Shown here one piece after another: positions 52,125 through 64,000 of a stretch of 64,000 bases of DNA (within the stretch, counting starts at the first letter, position 1; each line of letters begins with the position of its first letter). This DNA comes from Eledone cirrhosa (taxonomy: Eukaryota). The position numbers and the translations under genes were made by a program. The stretch covers positions 347,200,001 to 347,264,000 of the forward strand of contig OZ024741.1 of NCBI GenBank assembly GCA_964016885.1, in the 5' to 3' direction. The notes below the pieces were generated by a model. That model saw only the letters and a program-made list of their open reading frames with translations, had not been told where the DNA came from and searched no databases.

Positions 52125-54432
52125 GCGTCGTCGTCATCAACCTAACCACCATTTTCTGTCTGATTTCTTTGTTGGCATTGCATGGACGTGTTTTCATGAT
52201 CGTAGCTTCGCTTGGTTGCAAGGTGCGCAACGTGTTTACACGTTCCGTTTTTTCGGTATGGTTTTTAAAGCTTGATGACCTTCCCAATACGAATCACTTT
52301 CCATACACTAACAAGTGCAGTTCATCGTGACACCACAGGTGATAGCAATTTACCATATGCAATTGTTGCGTTTTCGCTATGCATCCAGTAGTGGCATGTT
52401 ATCGTCTTAACATACTGAGTATATTGGATGCATTTTATCGTAGCCCCAATAGGAATGGTGTTGTTGTGGGCTCCGAAGCGGAATGAGATGCCGTGATGGT
52501 TGAGGGGATTTCGTTCGGATTATAGAAAAGACACTATAGATTGAACAATGGTACGTGCATATTTGTTGCTGGGAGAGAAATAATGAAGAGGGGAGAAGGA
52601 GAACCAGAACAATTGTTCAGCATTGGATGCTATTAAGAATGCCTTAAAGATAAGGAATGATGTTTGATTGCTCTGATTTGTGAGAATAACATTCGTAAGA
52701 TTGTGATCACCATAAAAGGTTTCGATACGTACAGTGTTACAAGTATTTCTCGTATGTCGGGCAGCATAGAACAAGGATTATAGGGGTGAGTGTGATGCAG
52801 CGGAAAACAGTAAAAATCTGACAGATTACATGCTATTTTCAGATTCCTGGTCAGAGTGTTTTCTAGGGTTCGCTGTATATGCATAATATTGATTCAAATG
52901 AGAGACAGGGGATAGTTTAGTTGAGAACAGTGGATTAAATAAAAAGGTTTAAAAAGAAATGTTAAACGATGCCTTGCATGCGTTTTTGAAATAGTGTTTG
53001 TTATCTAGCAACGTGATCTGTCAATTTCCAGGGACCTTTAAATTATGTCGTAAGATTCAGTTTTTTGATAATGGGGTTCACCACTTCCTCCCGTATCATT
53101 TTAGTAGATCTACATGTTTCAAATGTCCCATCAATGTCAAGAGCTAAGGACTTCTTCATACAATTGACATTCTATATGAATATCATATATCCAAACCAAT
53201 GCTTCCTTCTCTTTTGTATTCTAAAATTATTATTCTTATACCTATTTTCCATGCAAATTGTCCATGCTATTTCGCTCATAAACAAAAGCATTTCACATCT
53301 AATGGATTGTACGGGGTTTATTTCTTTCCAGCCATCGTATATTACAAGGATTCAAGACACACGTTTCAATTTTCCCCCATCACATCACATGATTAACTTC
53401 GATACGACATCGAATTTGTACAAAAGTATCATTTAATATTACTTTTACTTTGATATAATAAACATGTCTTGTTGCTATCAGGTGTAACGTCTCTCTCAGT
53501 TGTCCAACACTATCCGCATTCGGACTTCTAGGTATTAAGTACACGTACTTTCAATACTGATGCGATTACTTAAGTAGCCATAAGCCATCATCTATTTCCA
53601 GTTTCGTTGTCGAGCATGCCATGTAAATTGTTTTATATGTAACCTTATTTTTAAGAACTTTATCGCATCTACCTGAAGCGATGTATTTTGTTCTGTCAGT
53701 ATCTTTATGTTTATGCTTGTGTCTCTGTTTATGTTCCGTAAACTAGCGGTTCTACCAGAAAGGAATAGATAAATTAGTTACTAGAACTGAAAGTGGAGGG
53801 GGCAAGTATATCGTTTAGAGCGATTGGTTAATGATTAGAAACAGCGATGGAAATGGAAGAAATGCGTCAATGTTTCTATCTGTTTGTGCCTGTGTATGCA
53901 AGTATGTAAGGCGATGTTTGTGCGAGGTATACATATTTTTACACGCAATTTATTAGAAACTTAAAATTTACAAATCGTTACAATGGGTTTCTTGTTGACT
54001 TTTTCGAAATAATAAATATAAATGTTTATTAATTTTGTAGAAATCCATTATATCTTTTACAACTGTATACACTTCCACTCTAGCCTATTCAGCTTAAATT
54101 AACTACAATAAATGACATTATTTTTAACAACACGGAAGAAAACCTCAGTCGAAGTACGTTTTTCCTTTAACAGGATTTGTTGTTCTTTACTCCTTTCCAA
54201 CAACAATCTATTTGTTTTCTATAAGTACACATAGCAACAAATAGCATTAAGATTTTGAACTGAACGAAATTAAATATATTATTATATTTTGTAATACAAG
54301 ACATTTCCTAGTTGATCTGGTGCAGACTATCGGGCTGAACCGTGTATGCAACGTTATTACATTTTTGAATACAAAATCGATTAACTATATCTTGTTTGTT
54401 TATTTTTAACAGAATGAACATACATCGTATAT

Positions 54433-54509
<77 letters not shown>

Positions 54510-55329
54510 TATACACATATATATATATAAAGATAAAGAGAGAGAGAGGAGGAGGAGGGGAGAGAGAAAGAGAGAGCTAGATAGATAATATATACGTACA
54601 TTTATGTATATACATCCAATTATATCTCTCTCTCACTCTCTCTCTCTCATCCCCCTCTCTCTATCTGTATATATATATATATATGTGAGTGTGTGTGTGT
54701 ATGTGTGTGTGTGTGTGAATGTGGGTGGGTATGTGTATTTGTGTGTGGGTGTGTAAGTGTGTGTGCATGTATGTAAAGGCGTTTATGTTTGCGCTTATGC
54801 ATGTGTTTATATGTTTCCATTTATTCAAATGTTTCTATCATTGTTGTATGTACGTATGTTTCTTCTCTGTGGCCTGAATAGTATTTTGCTAACTTTATAT
54901 CACTAGCATCTACTAGAGCCACATATCCTATAACACACAATCACACAAGTACACACATTTACACAAATCTATACAATATATACCTCTCAGGTCATTTACA
55001 CCACCAAAACAGATATAATCTAAAAACGTATACGCAGACATGAAAATAGGTATATATATACGTTTTGAAAAGTAGACGAATCTTTTTTCATATCACAGTC
55101 CGCTGTATTCTCTATAACACGTGATAGTCACGACAATAATATACTTGAACAAATGTGGTATCATTCAACGCTATATTGGGGTCAAATAACAGCAATAATC
55201 ACACATATTGAATTTATCCTAGTCTGAAAAGTACACGTAGAGTGATAATATAGCAAACCGTTAAACAGTTATTATATAGCATTGTTTGTTATTTCTGGTC
55301 AATATATGTTATTTATAGAAGTGCTCATA

Positions 55330-56340
55330 GCAAAGGCGCATTGGACCCCCACCCCCCAAAAAACATGCCAGTAAGGATGGTGTCATGTACGCTTAGATAT
55401 GTATAGGTAACCGGAGGTGGGGTGGTAGTGCTATTTAAGAAAGACCTGGATCTTGTGGTGAGGTCACTCTTCCGGGACACTGACGAGAATTTGGTGGTCC
55501 TGGACGTCAACAGCAACGACGGGACATATTTAGGTGCCTGGAAGACTTCCTGGAAACGTCTCACCCTTTATCGTTAGCGGGGAAACTGGAACAGCGTCTT
55601 AGACGCACGCTGGTATTATGTGGGAGTATCTTATAAGAGCGGTATGTGCAAACGTCTAGATATCCTTAAAGAGTCAAATTTTGACCTTGACCAAGCGTAT
55701 AGAATCATCTAAACCGTATATAGATTATAGTAATTTCGATACGTCTTAGCAAAGAAGTAGTGTTAGAGAAAAATAGACGGGCTTGCGGGCTGCTCACTAA
55801 ATTCGACGAAGTAATTTATAGTGGAATTGCAACTGATATGCTAGTTCCCTCTGTCCGGTGGAGCTAACAAAATAGGTTGTGTGGTAGATGAGGTTGAAAG
55901 GGCTGAAGACGGAAACTTTTTCTATTCGGCCAATCCTTCCTCGACTTTTTTCAAGTTTCTCTTGTGAAGGAAGGTGAGGGTGGATTAAGAAGTACTGCCT
56001 CCCAGTAGATTTGCTAAAGGGTGGGTGAATGTGGCCAGAATGGCCCGTGTGACTGGGCCTATTCTGAGCATGTGCCTATAGGTTATTTACTTTAAAGAGG
56101 AGAAAGGTGACCTTCCCGGGCGTCCTCGAAGCGTCGTGTGGTTCAGGATTGGTGGGTTACCTGAGTCGACCCTGGATGGTTATCCCCCATTATCCCTATT
56201 AATTGTTGTATTTTCATTCTTTTTTGTTATTGTTATTTATATTTTTTACACGCATTATATGTAAACGTCCAATGTCCTTGTTTTTTGTATTGACCCCTAT
56301 ATGTCGGACCTCGTGGCCAATATAGACATTATTATTATTA
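55330..56340 (+). mobile_element. Internally deleted Tx1-like LINE (APE piece joined to the 3' end)
   Basis: GGVVVLFKKDLDL..RDTDENLVVLDV (homologous to 19640-19760). 3' part similar to 57900-58070. T-rich UTR and (ATT)n tail. Confidence 0.72.
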
Positions 56341-56344
56341 TTAA

Positions 56345-56533
56345 GTGGATTGGCAGTATCGGTAGAGGGTCGGACGCCATGCTTTGAAGCAAAGAGTCAC
56401 GGCCCATTATGGTCTGAGTTCAAATCTCGCCGAGGTTAACTTTGCCTTTCATCCTTTTGGGGTCTATAGAATAAAGTACCAGTAATACACTGGGCTAATT
56501 GCTGACCGTGTGCCAAAAGTAGAAACAATTATT
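56345..56533 (+). mobile_element. Full-length OK-like SINE
   Basis: A box TGGCAGTATCGG, B box GAGTTCAAATC, conserved body and tail. Confidence 0.95.
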
Positions 56534-57499
56534 AATATCATTATCATAGTTGTTGTTTCATTATTGCTTTTAGTTTGTTGTTCCTCTTGTTACTGTTGCT
56601 GCTGATTCTCTTATTATTAAAATCTCTATCATGATTAATTTTATCAGCCTCATGATTATTATCACTGCCACCAGCGACCCCACCACCACAATCATCATCG
56701 CAAACATTATCATCATCAACAACATGACCACCATCATTATCAGCAGCAGTAGCATTTTCATCATCATCATCATCACCATCACCACCAACATCATTTTTTT
56801 ACGCTATTGCATCAACAATAATTTCATTTTTTAAATTCCAATGTCTCCTATTTCTGGTACACATATGGAGTTAATTCCACCATTGCTGTGTTTGAACTCT
56901 AGATAGGCCTCTAGGGTGAAATCGATTTGATTCCTCGTCGTAAATATGAAAACAAATCTTCCTGGCTGTAATTTTATACAGAGATTATACAGAAAACGTG
57001 AAACCAATTAACGTAATCTTCAAAATCTCTTTCACATCAAAACTTTTTAATGTTTTAGTTTTCATGCGTTTTTGTCTTCGCCGCGTTAAAATAGATTTTT
57101 CTCAGGACGACATTACAATTATCAAACTCACCATAATGTCAGTTCATAAAATTCCATACAGATGTCTGAAAAAAGGTTTAGTGATTTTCATTAATATTGT
57201 TTGAAGTTTTTCAATTCGAATTGTGTGAAGGACGATTATATATTGCATATTTGTAGGTATTAAAAAAAAATAGAACTTAAACGGACTTCCTCTGGAACAT
57301 ATAATGTAACATTTAAGAAGCATAATTCCCAGTTATATAGTCCTTATTCTGCTTTCTTTTCAGTAGTAATAATAGCTAGCAATATTTAGTGTGTTCCGTT
57401 GTATTACATTAGTTATCCAACAATTACACGAAGGACACATACGACGTATACACATTAGAATATAAACGTATTGCCTATCAGTTTAATTCATGAGCTTAA

Positions 57500-58290
57500 A
57501 ACAAAATACTTATGACCATGGCAATGGATAACGAGCCACTACTGCGGAAGCTGAAGACGTTAAAGAGCCACCCGCTCGAGTATGGAGGTCGAAAGACTTC
57601 GTCGGCGTTTCTGACGACGTTGACATCTGGTCTAGTTTCTGTGAGAACGAACCAACCGTCAGTTCCAGAGAACTTCAGTTCTGGAAACTATGATTAATTT
57701 CAAGAAATCCCTAGGTTAGCTGTGACAGTGTTCTCACAAATGCCGAGTGTTCGGTCTCTGACGAATTGTGAAATTTGTCGAACATCTTTCAGCACATGTC
57801 GGATCTACAACCTTCTTTTCACCTGGAAGGGCAGGCACTTTTCCTGTCTTGTGGCTATGGTGAAAGAACATCTGTGGTGGACGCAACAGAAAGCAGAGAA
57901 GACTGGGATTTTTCCCTTCGGCGAAGCCTTCATCGACATTTTCAAATTCCATTTGTATAGGAATTTGAGGGTGAAGAGAGAGGTACTGCCTCCCAGTGCA
58001 TTTGTTAAATTGTGGGTAAATGTAGGAAGTATGTTTCGAATGAATGGGCCTACTCTGAGCAAGGACCTTAAGGATGAGTAGTTTGAAGTGGAAGGGGCAT
58101 CATTCATGGGTTTTCACGGTGATTAGTTTGGTTTCGGGGCTGTGGGCTTCTTAAATTGCCACTTTCTGTTGCTCCTTCTATTGGGGATTCTGTTGTTTTA
58201 ATTTTACTCTTATTTCTCTTCCGATTATTTATAATATATTTAAATCAGGGACTAGGAATATCTCCCCATATTTTGTGTTGTTCAAATCAC
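57500..58290 (+). mobile_element. Tx1-like LINE 3' fragment
   Basis: WWTQQK..FKFHL..LRVKREVLPPSAFVKLWVNV. AGTACTGCCTCCCAGT-like segment shared with 55992. Confidence 0.7.
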
Positions 58291-58531
58291 TGCAGAAATT
58301 TCAAGAAAGAATATGAAAACCTGAAAAAGAAATTGACATCAGTGAACGCTCTATTATGAGATATTATGAGATATCCAGAGCGAGATATTTAACTGGAGCT
58401 GGTCTTGGTGTTCTTTGTTATCATGGCTTTGATTCCAATAATCTTTGTTCTCAGGAAGTCATACTTTTAAGAGGTGTTTAGCATTGGCGGGATAAATCAC
58501 CCCTTTTATATGGATTATCAGAAACTGCTAA

Positions 58532-58576
<45 letters not shown>

Positions 58577-58580
<4 letters not shown>

Positions 58581-58900
58581 AGTAAGTAAGACCCCGACGG
58601 CTGGGCTCAAGCCGTTTCGACGGCTAATTCTGTACTGAATGAAAAATCAGTTCTGGTATTTAAATAGCCGAACTTGTCAAGGGGCAATTCCATATATGGT
58701 CAAAGAGATAATCACCAGGATTGGTCATCCCACAAGGTAGTAGTAATTCTGCGATGGCAAGTTGGTGGGGGAGGTAGCCAAACCTGCCAGTAGGAGAAAA
58801 GGGGAGAGGGGGCGGAGTAGACCCATTATGCGTTGGTGGTGCCAGCTACAGCTGGGTGTGAGGTCAACGAGGAAGCAGGAGAGGGGGAGGGGGATGAGGT
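58577..58900 (-). mobile_element. Repeat terminus (probable PLE pLTR) with decayed HHR-like motif
   Basis: 58577-58638 is a reverse-complement homolog of 5085-5148, and both abut (TA)n. Minus: gccc-cTTGACAA-g..CGGCTA...TAGCCGtc-GAAAC. Confidence 0.5.
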
Positions 58901-59016
58901 CAATACGGTAAGTAGAACGATGAAAATGTAAAACTGTAAAAGGTACTGAGTGAGAAAAGAAATATGAGCGGAATCTGGTTACTAAGACTTAATTCTCTCG
59001 CTATTGCTAGGCTGAA

Positions 59017-59345
59017 GAAATACATAAATAAGTAAATAAGTAATACATAAATAATATTCCACATAAGTAAATAAGAAATACATAAGTAATATTCCACATA
59101 AGTAAATAAGAAATACATGAATAATATTCCACATAAGTAAATAAGAAATACATAAGTAATATTCCACATAAGTAAATAAGAAATACATAAGTAATATTCC
59201 ACATAAGTAAATAAGAAATACGTAAATGATATTCCACATAAGTAAATAAGAAATACATCAGTAATATTCCACATAAGTAAATAAGAAATACGTAAATAAT
59301 ATTCCACAAGAAATACATAAGTGAGTAAATAAACAAATAAGTGAG
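59017..59345. repeat. 35-bp minisatellite, about 8-9 units
   Basis: ATTCCACATAAGTAAATAAGAAATAC recurs at 59056, 59091, 59126, 59161, 59196, 59231, 59266 and partly 59301. Confidence 0.95.
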
Positions 59346-59401
59346 TAAATGGATGGATAGATAGATTTAAAAAAAACAAAAAAAAAATATATATATATAT
59401 A

Positions 59402-59590
59402 TAATTGTTTCTACTTTTGGCACAAGGCCAGCAATTACCCAGTGCATTACTGGTACTTTATTTTATCGACCCCGTAAGGATGAAAGGCAAAGTTAACCTC
59501 GACGGGATTTGAACTCTGAATGGCAAGGACCGTAACTCTATGCGTCAAAGCATGGAGTCCGACCTTCTACCGATACTGCCAATCCACCGA
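59402..59590 (-). mobile_element. Full-length OK-like SINE
   Basis: Reverse-complement copy with A and B boxes. Confidence 0.95.
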
Positions 59591-59629
59591 CCTTATATAT
59601 ATATATATAATGTAGAATAAAAAGAATAA

Positions 59630-60039
<410 letters not shown>

Positions 60040-60045
<6 letters not shown>

Positions 60046-62838
60046 TAATAAAAACAATGAAATAAAAACAAAAAACAAGTTCTTTATATTAAAAAATCAT
60101 CATTTTACGATCGTTTCTAGTATGTATATGTATGTTGGTATGTATATCATATAGATCTATGTAAAAATATTACAAATTATCAGGGGAAATATACATACCT
60201 TCACATGCTGTCTTCAGAAATGATGAGATTTGTTTATTGAAAAAAAATTAACAAAGATTTAATATAAAATGTCTGTTTGGGAACAGGTTTTGAATTGACC
60301 AATAGAAAAGTAGTTAGAGGTTAAGTTGATAGAATAGTGGTAGTAGAAATTTAATTTAGAGGTAGAGGAGTGCAGACTTATATTTTTAATGAAAATAATA
60401 CTTTGAATGAAAAGAATACTTTGGAAAATTTGATGTTATTAAAGGATAATGTTAAAAACGAAGGAAAATAAAATGTTAGGATACGGGTATTAGTGAGAAA
60501 TACCAATCTTATTTAAACCACAATGAATCTAGATCTATAACAAGAAATTAAATTAATTGATAGGGATAAATTTATATTAATTCATATGAATGTGATAAAT
60601 AAGAATTAGATGTTATTAAAAAGTGTTGTTAAAAACGAAGGAAAGTAAAAGTTTGGGATAAGGTTAGTGGTGAGAAATACCAATCTTATATAAACTACAA
60701 TCTTATAATTAATACCTAAAAGTATACCTATAAATTAATTTAATTTCCTGTTATGTTTATAACAGGAAATTAAATTAGTTTATAGGTATACTTTTATGTA
60801 TTAATTTTTGGAAAAGAGAGCTGTAAGAGGGAAATAAAATTATGAAGTTCTCTGCAGTAAAGTACTAATTATAGCTTAACTAAATAAAAAAAAACTAATT
60901 ATAATAATATGTAAAATATAAGTGTAAGGTGTATATTAATTAGGTGTATAATATTTGAAGGTTCTTCTAATTCTATGATTGCAAGATATAATTAATTCCT
61001 GTCACTTATTTAATAGGATATCCTTAGATTTCATGATTTCAAAAAGTTCCTGGGAGCATAACCTACACTCGTATCTGTTATTTTGATAAGGGGTGGCCCT
61101 TTTGAGCACACTCAAGGTCACGTTGTAATCGATATTCTTCTTCTTATAATTATTAATTATTTCAGCCAAGGATGTTGTATTAGCTAATGCGGCATTTTTA
61201 AAACTATGTTTATGGGTATTAAATCGTATATTAAATTGGTTGACGTAGCTCCTATATATGAATAAGTGGAGTCTTTAGTGCTAATTTTACATTTATAGAC
61301 TATGTTATTAATAAGACAATTTCCCTTTAATGGGCAATTTCTTTTGATTCTACAGTTACAACCATTCGTGAATATTATATCAGGGGAGTTAGTCAAATTT
61401 GGTGTGGAATTTACTCGACTTGTTATAGGTGAAGGAGATGGTGGTTTATTGCGGTTTATTTTAGTATTATGGTTGGTTTGATATGTTGGGGGTATATTTG
61501 TGGGTTTTTTTTACATTTATATGCGTTGTACGCACTTATATTTTGTTGTATATTTTTGCTAGTGGAGTAGGAAAATTTGACAGTTGATCTATTTAAAATG
61601 TGATGGTATTTATGGTTTGGCGGGGAGTTTTTCTCTAGGATAGTAAAAACAGTTTTAGGGATATTATCTTTTAATTTGTAGATTAAATGGAGCGTTATAC
61701 CAAGTAACCCGTCTATTACGGTTTCGATGTTGTTTTTTTATATGTATACGATGTATCAGGATATTTACTAAGAGAGTTACTATTAGTGAATGTATTATAT
61801 ATAGGTTTAGTTACATTAATTGATTTAGGTGTTTTAGTCTGATTACTAAGAATGTTGTTAGTAATGTTGTTAACATATATTGGAGTATCAGGATGAATGG
61901 TTTTTTGAAAGTCATTATATTTTATGTGAGAAGAGGTAGAGAAATTAAGTTTTAGGTTGGTATATTTGGGTGTAGTATGAGTGGCATTTAGGTGTGGGTT
62001 TTCATTTGGTGTTTGTTGGTAATATTGGGTTGTATGTTTGAAGTATTATTGGTGCAAGGTATATAGACTAATTTGTTTTTGTGGCCGCTTCTAGCTAAAG
62101 CTTCGTTATAAAAGGGCGCGTTTTTATCGAATACATCCTGGTTAGATGAAAGGTTAGAGATTCTGAGTGAGATATTATATGCTAGGTTTTTAAGGATAGA
62201 TCTAGGGTGATTGGTTTGTGAGTGTATGTAATGTAAGTTATGGTTAGGTTTATGGTAAGGTTGGTAGATGCCCGTAGATATGTCTAAAGTTATATCTAAG
62301 AAATTGACTATTTTACTGGCGTTTTCAAATGTAATAGTGAGATTGTAATAGTCTTTGAGGAAAGTTCTAATAATTTTTTATTTTTTTCAATTTCTGATAG
62401 GCTAAGATTAGTGGAAAGAAGAAGACAGTCATCACGAGATAAACCACCTTTAAGGTGGGGAAAGGATGAATTAATGTTAAATAGAAGAAAGAGGCCCACA
62501 AGATCGGTAATTTGGGCGGAATCACTAGAGCCCATAGTAATGTCGAAGAGATTACTATATGTATTTCTGGTCCAGTATTCCTTCTGAAATTCCAGTAGTG
62601 TTTTTTTAGCGTGCGTGATAATATTAATGTCATCCATAGTTAAGTTCGATCTATTTTTGGCAAATATCAAGGCTTTGTTCAGGAGTATGGGTGATACAGA
62701 GGAATAATAAGCATCTATATCAAATTGTAGAAATGAAGCAGATGATTTATTTCTAATATTAGTAAACCAGTTAATTACCTGGGATGTGTTTTCCCAGAGT
62801 GGTAAATTAACGTGTTTTCTTAATTGTGGGATGATTCT
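60040..62838 (-). mobile_element. Naiad-type PLE, diverged relative of 32317-37726, 5'-truncated
   Basis: Colinear homology over RT, linker, GIY-YIG and pLTR. Catalytic motif reads GLSRDD. Frameshifts present. Confidence 0.93.
60097..60226 (-). ncRNA. Type-I hammerhead ribozyme with extended stem II
   Basis: TCATCATTT-CTGAAGA-[93 nt]-GAAAC-GATC-GTA-AAATGATGA. Compensatory stem I change relative to 32376. Confidence 0.88.
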
Positions 62839-62880
62839 ATCTATCTCTATATATATATATATATATACGCACACACACAG

Positions 62881-62883
<3 letters not shown>

Positions 62884-62978
<95 letters not shown>

Positions 62979-62989
62979 AGGGAGGGAGG

Positions 62990-63059
<70 letters not shown>
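62884..63059. repeat. (GA)n/(GGGA)n microsatellite
   Basis: Direct inspection. Confidence 0.95.
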
Positions 63060-63060
<1 letters not shown>

Positions 63061-63699
63061 GAAAACAAAAATGCATCTTAATTCTATATTAGCTTATTTT
63101 AAAACCATCTGGTTTAATGATTAGAACTGTAAATAATTAGTACAATATATCGGTAGAACTATATACAGAATATAATAAAATAATTTGTTTGTGTATATAT
63201 ATATATGAGTGCGTGGCAGCGGAAAGAAGAAGAAATCAATTTTGTAGGATTAAAGCAGGAATCAAAAGTATAGAGAAAGCTACGATTTGAACAGTGAAAG
63301 AAGCAAATCAAAATAAAAAAAAACATCGATAGTGTATAAGTGATGACATAGATCTTAATTAGATAAGCAGAAATATACATAGAAAAATTAGATGGAGATG
63401 AAAAATGATAAAAAAATAACATCTAGGAGATAACGAATGGAAAGTAGATGAATTTAAAATATTATGCCAAGTGTTCTATTAAATCATAAATAATAGGAAA
63501 ATAAGATTTTAAACTGATGAATGATGGGGCAAAAAACGAAACATGCACAAATGAAAGAAAGTAACGAGAAATTCGGACGTTGCTTTATCATAGAAACATT
63601 ACAAACCTGATATTAAGTAAAAAAAATATAAAATTGAAATAATACGAAAGTTTTAAAAAGTAGCACTAGAAGAAGAAAAAATGTCTTCTTCTCCTTCTT

Positions 63700-63852
63700 C
63701 TTGGTATTATTGTTATTATTATTACTACTACTACTAGTAATTGGTGGTGGTGCTGGTGCTGATTATGCTGTTGGTGATGGTGTCGGTGGTGCTGGTAGTG
63801 ATGATGCTGGTCGTTTTTGTGTTATTTGTAGTAGTAGTAGTAGTAGTAGCAT

Positions 63853-63917
<65 letters not shown>

Positions 63918-63930
63918 ATAGTTGTTGTTG
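63700..63930. repeat. Trinucleotide low-complexity tract (TAG/CAG/TGG/TTG)
   Basis: Direct inspection. Confidence 0.85.
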
Positions 63931-64000
63931 TTTTAGATGCAATATAATTACTCGTTGGAGAGTAACGAGAGATGCAAATAAATAAAAACTGCAAACGTAT

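Noticed and set aside
56345-56430. tRNA gene
   Set aside because: The A and B boxes belong to the SINE head. No cloverleaf is evident and the SINE body follows directly.
59017-59345. CRISPR array
   Set aside because: Head-to-tail tandem units with no unique spacers, eukaryotic context and no cas genes.

Overview
This is AT-rich eukaryotic DNA, very probably from an octopod cephalopod, judged from about ten copies of an Octopus OK-type tRNA-derived SINE and dense (TA)n/(CA)n/(GA)n microsatellites. I found no host gene that I can support. The window is mostly decayed retroelements. Penelope-like elements (PLEs) dominate: one nearly full-length Naiad-type copy with near-identical 722-bp pseudo-LTRs, two further Naiad copies and three other PLE pieces. 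There are also Tx1/L1, RTE, R4/Dong-like and Hero-like LINE fragments, three MITEs and a 35-bp minisatellite. The strongest signal is RNA-level: about ten intact, decayed or partial type-I hammerhead ribozyme (HHR) motifs. Among them is a Naiad HHR with a 93-105 nt rod-like stem II, a palindromic stem III and a compensatory change in stem I between copies. Several of these motifs cluster in short modules set in (TA)n tracts. The junctions also record mechanism: a twin-priming-type RTE inversion, locally templated inverted inserts at a PLE 5' end, and reiterated priming units at a Naiad 3' end. All alignments and folds were done by eye, and family names come from remembered motifs, not database searches.
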